64,000 nt of DNA from Salpingoeca rosetta (taxonomy: Eukaryota; Protista; Choanoflagellata). The position numbers and the translations under genes are program-made. The number at the start of each line of letters is the position of its first letter. Within the stretch, counting starts at the first letter, position 1. Under the pieces are notes generated by a model that searched no databases, was not told the origin of the DNA, and saw nothing but the letters and a program-made list of their open reading frames with translations. Location: contig JAWQFM010000016.1 of NCBI GenBank assembly GCA_033442325.1, positions 1,345,679 through 1,409,678 on the forward strand, given 5' to 3'. Positions 27,849-46,657 of the stretch are shown here, piece after piece.

Positions 27849-29044
27849 ACAAACACAAACACACACACACACACACGCATGCACTCATGCACGCATGCAT
27901 GCATACACAAGCAAACACACATGACAAGCCCATACCTGGCTGGAGTACGACGACATCTGGCTCAATGAGTAGCGTGTAGTCGAACCTTCCTTGCACCTGC
28001 AACGCCAGTGCAGATGGAGGTGTTGAGAACAAACACGAAAGGAATGATGTAGACAGAGTGAGGTATGCAGCTCCACGTACGTTCGTTTGCAGACACGAAG
28101 GCACATGTGCACACGATTGGATACCTGGTCAAGGGCTGCGTGAAACTGGAGAGAAGCGCCTTTGGGATACGTGTCCTGGGCTGGTGTCAGCTGTGCTGAA
28201 CGAAACTCCACCTCTGGGAAGCACTACCAATCCGTGACAACGATCGCATGTGGTGGTCACCCGTGAGTGGCCTCACACACAGAGGCAGGGAGGCAGAGAG
28301 AGAGACAGACAGACAGACAGATAGGGAGAGGGGGAGACAGACAGAGAGAGAGAGAGGCAGAGACAGAGACAGAGACACTAGAGAGACAGACAGACAGACA
28401 CACATGCACACACATGCACACACGCTCGCGCGCGCACACACAGACACACAACCGCGTGCATGCAGGCAAGGGCTTTTCACACCATAGTTCACACTTACGC
28501 CTGTGATGGTATCCGCCTTCAAGTGCTCCGTGAGCTCGTCAACCTGAGCAGCACCCCGTGTTCATGAAGCAATGAGACCAAGATCGACACAACCACTCGC
28601 ATGCAAAGAAACGAAGCTCCCTTGTATCCTGCACCCGAAACACACACACGCATTCCCTGTACGCACCGCGAGCTGCTTGGACTGCTCCGTCTCGGTGAAG
28701 ATGATCAGTGTGGCTGGGGTGTGAAAGCATGGCTTCATGGCCTGCAGCTGTTGCAGGAACGCCACGGCATCGGCGAGTTGCTTGCCTGCATGGAAGGTGA
28801 ACAGCACAGCCAAGCTCGTGTCTGCGCACTGGTGCAATGGAACAGGTCGCCACGGCTCCGGCTGCTCCTGGCTGCTCATGCGACGAGGGTCCTCCTGTGG
28901 CAGCTCGCTGCCCTCAATGCTGGTACCAGCGGCGCTGTCTCCACGCAACCGCGGCAACACAACAGCGTGCAGCCCGACGCCAGCCAACAGACACACCACA
29001 CATGCCATAACCGCCAACACAGGCGAAACAACCACACTGCGCAT
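26639..29044 (-). CDS. Type II membrane protein, putative GT-A-fold glycosyltransferase, multi-exon
   Basis: N-terminal TM (VLAVMACVVCLLAGVGLHAVVL) and stem; exons join in frame giving DTYPKGASLQF, YTLLIEPDVVVLQPGWLD (DxD-like), PWVIGS, HLNGNAIY, AYDVD, FIQNWW, TFLVHGG. The function is inferred. Confidence 0.6.
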
Positions 29045-29376
29045 CCTTGCCTGGTTTTGTTGTTTGTTGACGAGTTGATGAGGTGAATGTGCGGACTCTC
29101 TGCTTGTTGTCCTCGTCGCCGCTGTGCTCGTTCTTTCGATTCATTGTTGGGTATGGACACGGGCAAACAGGCAAGCAGGCAAAGCAGGCAAGCAGGCAAA
29201 CATGCGCGCCAGCTGTCCAAGCAAAGCGCATGAACTGGAAACAACTACATATTGAATGAACACAGGCAGCATCGTGGGGTCAGCAAAGCAAGTCAACAGC
29301 AAAGCAAGTCGTGGTGGGGAAATGCCCATCGCAGTGCAAGATTGACTCCATACGCACACACACACACTGCTTTGTG

Positions 29377-34937
<5,561 letters not shown>

Positions 34938-35401
34938 AATGATTGAGAGGCAAAGGCAAATGAATGAATGTAGTGTAATGTGGGCCGATTTGGTCTTGTG
35001 TCACCAGACGTTGGGTGGGCGCCAGCAAACCAGAGCTCGCTCGATTCAGCCCCAGCGATCTCGTTCGTTACTCTCTTGCTTGCGTCTTCGTGTAGAAAGC
35101 AGAAATGCCTCAACACAAGCAACACGGTCGACACTGAACTGCAAGCACAGGTGTGGCAGGCAGTCCTTTGTCCTGCTTTCTCTTCACAACAACCAAGCAC
35201 GCCCGGCAGCAGTCCTTCCCCACTGACTGCGTCCTCAAACCACACGATGCCTGCAGGCAAGGGGAAGGGCTGCGTGCAGTCAAGGAGGAGTGTCGAGCTG
35301 TTGTGGTTGTTGTGCTGGTTGCTGGCCGCGAAATGTCACTGGAAATCATGCATAAATTTCGTCAACAGCAACGACTGCGAACAACAACAAAGACGAGCAA
35401 C

Positions 35402-36900
35402 ATGAGCCGGAATGACGACGACGAGGCCCGCACTGGAGGGCGTGCTGCTCTCGGTGATGGTGATGGCGGTGGTCCTAGCCCTTGGGTGGTGGCACTGCAC
35501 GTGCAGGTGGCAGCAGCGGGTGCAGGGGACAGTGCTGTGAGCTGGGGTGCAGACGCGTTGTTTGCTGCGGTGTTTGCGGCCTGCGCCCCTCGTGGGGGCG
35601 TCAAGGTGACGACTTGCGCCACGTCGCAGTGTCCACTGGCCATGCAGCTGCTCAGACAGCTGGGCATGGAGCTGAACCTCTCTGCACAGCAGTGCCGCGA
35701 TGCCCTCCACCTGCACAACTTTGCGTTGGAGAGCGATGCACGCGGCCCTGACGCTGCCACAGGCGATCAGCCAGCACAGAAGCGCAGCAAAACCGGTGAT
35801 CAGGAGCAGCACAGTGGCACCACCAACAACAACAACAACTGCAGTAGCGACAACAGCAACAGCAGTAGCAGTGGCGGGATGCAAGGCCTCAGTGCACAAG
35901 GAAACACGCCGCGCCATCGGTTCTTCGCGCTGGCCACGCCAGATCAGCTCGCATCTACAGTGCGCTCGCTTGACAAGGAGGCAGCTGAAGGTGGGGCTGT
36001 CCAACGCGCGCTTCTCGGCATCCCATCACCCGCAACACCAGCAACATCCGCGCAGGAACAGCAGCACGTGCACTTGTTCGAGTGGAGCAGCAAAGGGGCG
36101 ACGGACCCCAAGGGCACCCATACAGCCCTGCACACAGAGACAGCGCCATCGGCAGCAGTGCCAGCCGGCATCGACGTTCCGCCGGGCCTGGCGTTTGTTG
36201 GCTCACTGCCACTTGGCCATGCCCCCAGCACAGGGGTTGATGCACGTGTTGCCGTCTCTAACCTAAGGCACGTGCTGACGGCTCGCAACACAAAGGCGGC
36301 CACCGCTTGGAACACCATTGCGCGCGCGTTGGAGGCACTGGCGTGCGGCGCCCCGATTCGGCTGCACCTGGCGGCACCAACAGCTGCCGTGCTGGGCCAC
36401 GTGGAGACACAACTTGACAAGCTCGTTGCCTACACGCGCCGCTTCTCTGTCACTGGCAAGACGACCGCGTCCACCGGCGGCAAGAAGCAAGACATCCTGG
36501 CGGTGATCAGCCAGCAGCGCCTCAGGGATGTTGCCACGAGCAAAGAAGAGGTGTCCTTGGAAGAGATGAAACGCCGCGCAGCGTCGCAGCCGCCTCCCAT
36601 CGACTTTGCTGCCCGCTTGCGCGCGTGTCAGCCCATGGCGGTGATGGCGGAGGTGAAGCGGGCATCCCCAAGTCGCGGGGACATTGCGCCAGATATGAAG
36701 GCCGACGAGCAAGCGCGCCGGTATGCACGTGGTGGGGCTGCTGCCATATCCGTGCTGACGGAGCCCACGTGGTTCAAAGGCACGCTGGACGATCTGCGCG
36801 CTGCACGTAATGTGTTTCATGACGACGGCGACAGACCCGCTTTCCTTCGCAAGGACTTTCTCCTCGACGAATACCAGGTGTGTGTGGGGGGGGAGTTGGG

Positions 36901-36983
<83 letters not shown>

Positions 36984-38212
36984 GACACCTTGGTTGATTG
37001 TGTGTGAGCGACTTGGTTGATTGCCCTGTTCTGTTCTTCGTGCTCTCCCGGAACGCAATGTAACACCCTTGTCACCCACAACACTAACCCCCGTGCATGT
37101 TGAAGGTGTACGAGGCACGCGCATACGGGGCAGACACGTGCCTCCTGATTGTGGCAATCCTGTCAGACGCACAGCTGTCATCACTCATGGCCACGTGCCG
37201 CAGTCTTGGCATGGAGCCCCTGGTTGAGGTGGCCACCCCAGGCGAGATGGCCCGCGCTGTCGCTGCAGGCGCTGCTGTCATTGGCATCAACAACCGCAAC
37301 CTGAAAGATTTTTCCGTCGACACCAACACCACCGCCACCGTGATTTCGAGCGTGCAGGGTGGCCTGCGTGCATCCACGATTGTGTGTGCCCTCAGTGGCA
37401 TTAACACGCGCCTGGATGTCCAGCGGTACCGGGCAGCAGGATGCAAGGCGGTGCGTCGGCTTCTGTGTGCGTGTGCGTGTGTATGTGTGTGTAATGGTGT
37501 GTGTGACGGTGTTTGTATGTGTGCGTGTTTATATGTGTGCATGTATGTGTTTTTGCGTGTGTGCGTGTGCGTGTGTTTGTGTGGATGTGCGTGTGTTTGT
37601 GTTTATGTGCTTCCTTTGTACGTGTTTGCGTGGTTGGTTGCTTGACTTTTTCGTGTCGAGCACTTGCTACAACATGTCTTCATCATCACCACGTCACACT
37701 ACGGCTGCTGTGTTTTTTCCCTCCTTCCTGCCACCATTGCCCTCAACAGGTGCTGGTCGGTGAATCGCTCATGCGCGCGCCCGATCCTGCCGTGAAGATT
37801 GCGCAATTGCGCGGGTTGGAGCCTGCACTTGCACCCCCACCCACACCTGCTTCCACGACGGCTGTGCCCTCGACCACGCCCCTTGGTGTCCTCGTGAAGA
37901 TCTGCGGCGTCAAGACGCCTGCAATGGCGATGCACGCGATCACGTGCGGTGCGGACATGGTTGGCCTCGTGTTTGCAGAGGGGTCCACACGGAAGGTGAC
38001 GGTGGAGCAAGCGAGCGCTATTGCTGCTGCCGTTCGCAAGTTGGCGGATCTTCCACCAGCACTCACACCCGGCATCCGCAGCCGTGTCCGCGCTGCTGAC
38101 GAAGGTGTGCATTTGTGTTTGTGTGTCTGTGTGTGTGTTTGTGTTGGTGTGTTAGTGTTTGTGTTTGTATTCATGTTGTCGCTGCTACACTTGCTTTTTG
38201 CAAATACTCAGT

Positions 38213-38292
<80 letters not shown>

Positions 38293-38890
38293 AAGTTTCC
38301 ATCATAGCCCTGCTTCCTAATTCTCCTTTCACATGCGCTTTACAGACGTGTTTGCCAACTATGCGCGTGCGGCCTCGCGATTGCGTATGCTGGCGGCGTA
38401 CCGGCCGCTTGTTGTTGGTGTATTCGCCAACCAAGATGCAGCCGCTGTTGCCGACATTGCACGCGCTGTACCACTTGACGTCATCCAGCTGTCTGGCACC
38501 GAAGGGATTGACGCTGCGCGGGCGTTTGATTCCACCTCCATTGTCATCAAGGCCACGCACATCGCCCCAACCACCACTGCTGCTGACGTGGCACAGCATG
38601 TACGCGCGGTTGAGCCTGGCGTGCAGCCTGACGCAATCCTCCTCGACACCAAGAGCAAAGGCGCCCTTGGCGGCACGGGCATTGCGTTTGACCACGCGCT
38701 CGCCGCGTCGTTGGTGCGGGAGCACGGGCTGCCGCTGATGCTGGCTGGCGGGCTGACTGTGGACAACATTGGGGAGAAGGTGGCGGCGGTGCGCCCGTTT
38801 GCAGTGGATGTTTCGTCCGGTGTTGAAACGGATGGACGCAAGGACAGGGACAAGATTGAGACGTTTATTCGCGCTGCTAAACTGGCCTAG
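35402..38890 (+). CDS. trpCF: Indole-3-glycerol-phosphate synthase / phosphoribosylanthranilate isomerase fusion with a ~350-aa N-terminal TrpD-like domain; exons 35402-36877, 37106-37450, 37750-38104, 38346-38890
   Basis: IGPS motifs AEVKRASPSRG, ISVLTEPTWFKG, LRKDF, IGINNRNL, VLVGESLMRA; PRAI motifs VKICGV, GLVF, LLDT..GGTG, LAGGL, VDVSSGVET. Upstream in-frame ATGs exist, so the start is uncertain. Confidence 0.93.
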
Positions 38891-39226
38891 TGTGCGTTGT
38901 ATTCGTGTGTTGTGTGTGTGTGTGTGTGTTCGTGTGTTGTGTGTGCGTGTGTGTTTGTGTGTTCGTGTGCGTGTGTGTTGTGTTCGTGTAACAGAGGCAG
39001 AGAGACAGTGCACATGTGTGCATGTGTGTGTGTGCATGTGTGTTCTTGGCCTAGGCTAAACCCATCGGTAAGAGCAGCAACTAGTCGAACAAGGGATTAA
39101 AAGTCGAATACCGTCAAATAAAATACGACATTGAATCAGGTGTCAGAATGAACCTCTGGGCACGAGCGTGACATTGAAGCAGGAGGTGCGTACAGGTGAA
39201 AAACCGTAACCACATTTAGCTTCAGC

Positions 39227-39723
39227 TTACGCATCATCATCATCATCCTCTTCACCGTAGTCGTCATCATAGTTGCCTTCGTCATCGTCATTGTATCCCT
39301 CGCCGTCTTCCTCCTTCCTTTCGTTCCCACCACCACCATCAACAGCGCTGCGCTCTGGAAGTTCCCAGTACTTGAGAATGTCGTGCGCGTGTACATATGC
39401 AAACAGCTCTCGGATGTCCTCTTCGTAGAAGCGAAGGAGGGAGTGGTGCGTTGATAGCAGCATGGGGCCGTAGTGGGGCTTGCCTGATTTGGACTGCATC
39501 TCCTCCAATACCGTGAAGCCGCGCTCATTCGTGCGCGCATGTGTTGCGTAATCGGCACGCGGGATGCCAAGAAAGTCCTGTACGATGGTAGCGTGTGGGT
39601 GAGTGGGGAGGGGGGGAGGATTGTGGGTGGCCGTGGCGATGGTGACGGTGGGGAGGAAGATGAAGAGGAAGAGGAGCAAGAGGAGCAAGAGAGAACTGAA
39701 CGAGACGCACGCATAAATAAACA

Positions 39724-39782
<59 letters not shown>

Positions 39783-41439
39783 ATGGTGTCGATGGTGGCG
39801 AGCATGTCGGCTTGCATGGCCTCTGTCAAGAGGATGAGGAGTTGGGAACGATCAAAGTGCTGCAGCCACCGTCGAATGGCAGCCGCGTACAGCCCGCGCC
39901 GTAGCACCATGCTGTTGGTTGGCGTCATGGTGATGGCTGCCGATTCATCCACAGCACCGTTGGCCTGCATGCGCACAAACACGTCGAAATCGCGCGCACT
40001 GCACGGGTGGTGCAGCAGCTGCACATCGCCCACCTCCGCGTGCGCCTGGAACGCCTTGTTGACGAAGCGAACAACAGATTCACGTCGCCGCTTGTTCTTC
40101 CCGCGCAGTGTGGACGGCATGCTGATGACGCGGCCGCGAATGTGTGCCGGCAGGTGCGCGCTGGCGTTGCTCACCTTCCACACGCGTCGCTTGAAGCAGT
40201 TGTGTTGGAAGTGGCTGTATGCGCGTGCTGCTGGTGACCGCAGCAGGAGAATCAGCTTCGCACTCGGCAGCACGCGGCGCACGCGTGCGATGGCTTCCTC
40301 CCGCATGAACACATAACTGGAGGGCAAGGGTGTGTGTGTGTGATTGTGTGCGTGTGTAGAGAGAGTAAGCGTGTGTGATTGTGCATGCGTGTTGTGAGAG
40401 TGTGTGAGATGACAGAGCTTCCACGCTAGCTGGGTGAGTAAGTTGGTGCCTGCGCCAAAAATGGCACAACATTGCACACACACACACACAACACAGATAC
40501 ACAGATACACACACACAACACAGATACACAGATACACACACACAACACAGATACACAGATACACACACAACGCAGATACACAGATACAAACACACACAGC
40601 GCGCCTCACCTGGGGGTCTTTTCGAAGGTGTATGTGATGGCTGGGCTTTCCGTTGCGTTGAGGGCAAGGCCACGCCGGAGATAGTTGGAAAGCCAGGTTG
40701 CCTGCAGGTTTGCATCGCTGTCCACCTTGTCAAAGTAGTGCGCCTCGCCAGATCCACTGATCCACGCACCTCCCCAACGATGCAGCAGAGGGTGTTGGCC
40801 CAGCCAGCTTTGAACCTCTGCTGTTCCTCCCTTCATCACGCCAATGATCAAGAACGATGGCAGACACATCACTTCACCACTGATGCTGCTGTTGCTAGTA
40901 TTGCTGTTGCTGCTGCTGCCATGGCCGGTGGCAGTATGGCTGGAACGCAATTCCAGCGATGGTGATTCAGCAAGCCGTATGCACACGCCGGCATCCAGCT
41001 TGAACGGGCTTGGCACGCCGCATGCTTCTGGACTGGCTTTAGCTTCGGGCGCAACAACGACCACTGGTCGTGGCGAAATTCTAATGCCGCCGCTGTAGCG
41101 AGGCACCATGCGTGTTTCGCCCTCACCACCGCCATTGTTCCCACTGCTCATTTCACACAATGACGCGTCTGTTGGAACCATCTCCACTTCACTCGTCGTC
41201 CACGCAGCCAGCGCCGCCTGCCCTCCTACCAGCTCAAATGTTGTGCGCTCACTGCCACCCTCACTACCAGTGCTGCGCAGGGGTAGGGTAGTGATCAGCA
41301 CTGCTGCTAACAATACAGTGCGGAGGCCAGCACACCGATGGCACACAGCGCTGCCACACCAGCCACACCACACCCATGTCCACCTCTTCTTCCTCATCAT
41401 CGTCCGCACAACCGTGGCCGTTGTAGAGGATTTGTGCAT
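39227..41439 (-). CDS. Membrane-anchored sulfotransferase of the HS3ST/NDST sulfotransferase-domain type; 3 exons, start uncertain
   Basis: 5'-PSB motif LPSFLIIGVMKGGT; EAHYFD; FEKTPSY; 3'-PB motif LLRSPAARAYS; RGLY..IRRWLQHF; DFLGI; N-terminal hydrophobic anchor. Confidence 0.88.
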
Positions 41440-42242
41440 ATTTTCATCTGATCCTCCACAAAGCGAATGCTGTGACGTGACAAGCGAGCCGACAAAGCAA
41501 CACAGACCACCAACAAGTGCGTGCGAGGTGAGGGAGATTCCGAAGCAAGTGCGTGTGCCTGTGTTTGTTGGCAATGTGTCCTTGGTGCGTGGTGCGCCTC
41601 CTTGCTTGTTGTGCCTTGGTGTGTGTGTGTGTGTGTCAATGCTTATTCGTTTTTGGAGTCGAGGCCATGTTGCTCACGGTGTCGAATGCGCCGACCTTCT
41701 TCCGTTTCTGCCACCTTGTGTGCCTTGATGGTTGATTCATTGCAGGTATCGAACCCCTCTTCCTTCCTTCGAGGACCTCCCTTATTCACCACCATCACCC
41801 CCTTTGTGCGCTCGCTCGCTTCCACGCTGCCAACTCCCACGGATTCTCGACTTGGCCGCTTCGCCTCCGCTGATTGATAGAAGTTCGTGTTTCTCATCCC
41901 TCTCTTCCCTTCGAAGGGTCGTGTTGGATGGGCGCACGTCACTTTCCTTCCTGCCCTTGATTCACCACGACCCCCGCAATCGACCGCTCAGCCACCCAGT
42001 ACAAGTCGAAGCAAACAGCGCGAAGCGCACAGACGAAGGAAAGGCCTCGCCTTGTTCTGACTGAAGCGTGAGGTTATCGTCACGGCCGCAACAGCAACGA
42101 CAACGACTGCAGCTGCAACGACAACACTTGCATAACGATTGCACAGAGACACGAGCATACACTGGTGACGAGCACCCTCGATATTGAGCCAGGCAGAGAG
42201 GAAGCGGCAACAAGCGCAGAGCAGCACAGCGCTGGGCGCGGC

Positions 42243-43513
42243 ATGGCTGAGCATCAGCCCCCGCCCGCTTGCATTGTTGCTCACTTGCGCCGCGTTGGTA
42301 TCGAGGATACAATCACATATGGTTCTTACATTGCAGGCATCATCAACGAGACAAGCAAATCAGACCAACATGAGGTGCGGTTGCGTGCGTGTGCGTATGC
42401 GTGTGTCTGTGTCTATGTGTGGGTGGGTGTGTGCGTGTGTGTCTACCCGTCTGTGTGCAGGCAAATCTGTGCATTTGTCCCTTTCGCTTGCCTGTGCAGT
42501 TGTCCTTTTCGCTTGCTTGTGGTTTTGACCCTTTCCGCTTGCCTGTGCAGTTGTCCCTTTCGCTTGCCTGTGTATTGCTTCTCCAACACAGCTCCGCCAC
42601 GCATGTGTCAACATCCGTTTCGCCGTGCTCATACCCTCACACTCCCGCCAACCAACGCTGCTCACGACCTCTCTCCACCCCATGCACAGGTCCTGTCAGA
42701 GGTGCTGGAGCGTATGCTGCGCACGTGCAAGCTGTCCGGCTCAGGCACCCACCTTGCAACCGCCATCCTCGACGACTACCACAAGCCCGCCAAGCCCAAG
42801 CCCAGCCGGAAGGTCATCAAGGTGAACGGAAGCGGCAGCCGTGCACGCTTTGTGGCGGAGAAGGTGCCAGCAAGGAGCGTGTGGGCGCCACCACCACCAT
42901 CGTCGTCGTCATCGCCGTCGTCAGCGACATTGACAGCAAAGAGCGGTGCCGTAAGGGGCACTGGTGGCAACTGGGCACGCCCGCGGCCAGTGCAGACGCG
43001 CAGCGCCACGAATGTCGCCAGCAGCAACAGCAACACGAACACCGGCAGCAGCAACGCTGGTAACAAATGGGCCAAGGGAGGGAAGGGAAAGAACACCAGC
43101 ACCGCTAGCACGTCATCAAGGCCGGCGGGTGGCGGCAACGCGTGGTTTCAGAACGAAAAGGGGACGCTTGCAAGCACCATTCTGAACAAGAAGTCATCGT
43201 GCAGTGGGGAGGAGGAGAGCAACAAGAAACCGCAGCTTCGCATCACACGCACAAAAGCAAAGGGGCGCGCGAAGAGCAAAGCAGGAACAGCAGCGTCGTC
43301 GTCATCAGCACCGCCGTCAACAAAGACATCGAGCGCTTCGACAAGCAGTGCCAGCAGTGTTGGCCGTGGCACGAGCAGCCGCAGCAGCATGACAACAAGC
43401 TTCACAGACACGGACACGGACACTGGCGGCGGTGTGGTGGCGACCATCCCCGAACTGCCAGCGCTCTCAATTGCGCCCTTGTCATCATCGGCAGTGCCTT
43501 ATGTTCCTTTCAC

Positions 43514-43570
<57 letters not shown>

Positions 43571-43572
43571 GC

Positions 43573-43610
<38 letters not shown>

Positions 43611-45346
43611 ACGGGTGTGGACACGGCACATGCGCCCGCATACCTGCCTCCTTTCCAAATAGGTGACACCACCACCACCACAATGACCACCACCGCAATG
43701 ACCACCACCGCAATGAACCCAACTGGCAGTACTGGCACGCTTGCACCCCTGCAGTCGCTCCCTGATCTCTCCGCTGTTGTGCCGCATGCTGACGGCTACA
43801 CCGGTGACAATGTTGGTGACACCAATGCCAGCAACAATGCGAATGTCAATGCAAGCGTGTTCGGTGCGAGCAGCATGCACGTTGGCAATGGCATCAGCAA
43901 TGACATCAGCAGCAGCAGCAGAAGAAGAAGAAGCGACGGAGGTGGTGGCGACAGTACTGTTGCATCGACGCCTGCACTGCACCTGCTCATCTCGCTTGAC
44001 TCCCTCTTCCGACACGACAGCTTTGACCGCGATGTGCAGAACAGCAGCAGCTTCACGCTCAACGACGGTGCCCTCCCTTACACGCCGTCCACGGCCGCAG
44101 CGACCAACCCCACGTCTACCGCGTCACCTCACGTCCTTGGTGGTGCACACGGCGCCACCAACGGCAGCGCGTTTGGCAACGGGCTTGAGCATGCGTCGCC
44201 GTTGCTGCTGCAGTTCAATGCAGACAAGAATGCCGCAGTCCCTCATGCCGCTGGTGCTGAGATCCACGATCCCTTTGAATCGCACAAGCGGCAGCACAAC
44301 CCACCCCATCAGCCACATCAGCCACATCAGCAGGGGCAGGGGCAGCGTGGCGTTGGCGTTGGCGTTGGCGTTGGCGTTGGCGTTGGCGTTGGCGTTGGCG
44401 TTGGCGTTGGGCTGCTCGGGTACGGGGCTGTCGACTCATCCGCGCCACTGGCAGATGTGATGTCGTCCCCACTGCAAGCCTCGGCATCAATGCACAGCTA
44501 CACGGGCCACCACCATCATCACAATGGCGATGCTGATGACGAGGAGGTGTTGCGTGATTTGGAGGCGCGCACGTCACGCATGCTCGACTTTCTCGACGAC
44601 GGACACGACGACGACGACAACAATAGCATGCCCACTGGCGCTGATGATGTCTTTGACGATGATGGTGACGGCCAACTTGAGGTCACCTTGCAGCAGCAGC
44701 AGCAGCTCCCAGTGTTCGAGCTGTCGTCGTCACCGCCCGACGGTATTGGCGAGAGCGGCATGCCAGCGCTGAGCAGTGCAGCGCGCATGCAGTCTGCAAC
44801 CAGCGCCGCCCCCTACACCCCCTCGTCCCCTGCACCGCTACTGCCAATGATGGCGACAACAGCAGCAGCACCGCCGATGGCCACAGGTTCCATGGCAACG
44901 ACAACACCGCCAGCAACCCACCCCACCACCATGCATAGCGCTGGTGGTGCTGATGGTGATGATGGTGATGGCAGTAGCAGCAGCAGTGGTGGTGGTGGTG
45001 GTGGTGGTGTGTTTGCGCTGCCAGTGGTGGTGCTGGATGTGCTCGAGGCGTTGGCGGGACAGGACAGCGACACGGCGTATCGAATGCTACAGCTCAACAA
45101 CACTGAGCTGATGCCTGTGCTGAAGACGCTGATTGGCCACGGTGACGACACTGCTGGCCCGGGCCCGTGCAAGTTCTTCATCAAGGGCGGATGCAGGCGG
45201 GCAGGTGCGATGCTGTTTGCGGGGAGCAAGAGAATTGCACGAGTGCGCGCGCGTGTGTGTGTTTGCTTGTGGTTGCTTTTGTGTGTGTTCGTTTGTGGTT
45301 GCGCTTGTGTGTGTGTGTATGTGTGTGCTTATGGTTGCTTTGTGTG

Positions 45347-45377
<31 letters not shown>

Positions 45378-46616
45378 CTGTGTTTCATTGTGCGTATTGT
45401 TGCGTTGTGCGCTTCTTCTTCTCCTTTGTCTTTTTGTTCACCGCATCAATGTGACTCCATGAGCGCCCCACACGTGCCTCTCCTCAGCTCACCCGTCATC
45501 GTGCTGCACCCCCCCCCCCACAAACCACCACAAATGCGTTTCAGACTGCTTCTACTCGCATGACCTGAAGACCGTTCCTTGCCGCTTCTTCCAGAACGGG
45601 TGGTGCATCAAGGATGACGCATGCCCCTACCAGCACGATCATATCAGTGTCTGCATGCAAAACCATCTCCCCCACATCCGCCGCCTGTTGCGCCAGGGCC
45701 CCGCTGCCATTGCACGTGAACTTGGGCGGGAGGACGACACGCCCGCCTTTACGCAATCGATGGCGGAATTTCCATCCCTTTCTGCCGGCGTGGGAGCACG
45801 CGGGGGCAAGCAGGACGACGACAATGGTGACGATGCTCGTGGCGATGATGATGCTGGTGGTGCCCGTGTGCAGGGTGAGGACGACAAGCTGCTGCTGCAG
45901 ATACCTGTCAAGGCACAAGGCAAAGGCAAGAAGAAGAAGAAAGGCAAGAACAAAGCGAAGAACAAAGGAAAGGCGATGACAGTGACCATTGCAGCACCAC
46001 CAACACCACCCTCCTCATCGTCGTCATCATCAGCAGCAAAGGCAGCGCCATCATCAAGCAAACCTGGTGTTGGAAGTGGCGGTGCTGGGAGCGTGTGGGG
46101 CGGCCAGCAGGCGCGCGCTGGCGGGGTGTGGCGCAGTGACCACCGCACATCCGCAACAGCACCGCTGCCAGACATTGCTGTCGTCTCCGAAGCAGAACGG
46201 AATGCGCTGTTTGAGGGCGTGGCGTGGGATGCTGCCAAGCACATTGCATGGCGGGAGCTTGTGTCCACGTATCCGCACGTTTGGGAGGACAGGCTCTTCA
46301 AGACCTTCAAGGAGCACGCGTTTGATTTGAAACAGACCATCGCTGCGCTCAGCAAGACGTACGGCGCACCACACAAGCCAAAGTCAGTCAGCTTGTGTGT
46401 GTGTGTGTGTCTGTGTCTGTGTGTGTGTGTGTTGGCGAGGGGGGCGGTCACGTACACATCTCTGTGTGTGTTGTGTGCGGAAACAAGGTGTGTTGTTGTT
46501 GTTTGTCCATGCCTCTCACGTGCTTTTGTTTGCATCCTCAGGTCAAGTGTTGCCAAGACCGCCAAAGGATCGAAACCGCCGAGAAAAGGTCTGGCAATGA
46601 CCCCTTTCGGGTCGCA

Positions 46617-46657
<41 letters not shown>

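Noticed and set aside
35402-36480. Fungal-type TrpG (glutamine amidotransferase) N-terminal domain
   Set aside because: No IDNYDSF, SPGPG, G.CLG or QFHPES motifs
39048-39135. Relatively AT-rich non-repetitive patch between trpCF and the sulfotransferase as an RNA gene or insertion
   Set aside because: No tRNA/snRNA motifs, terminal repeats or target duplication seen; consistent with convergent 3' ends
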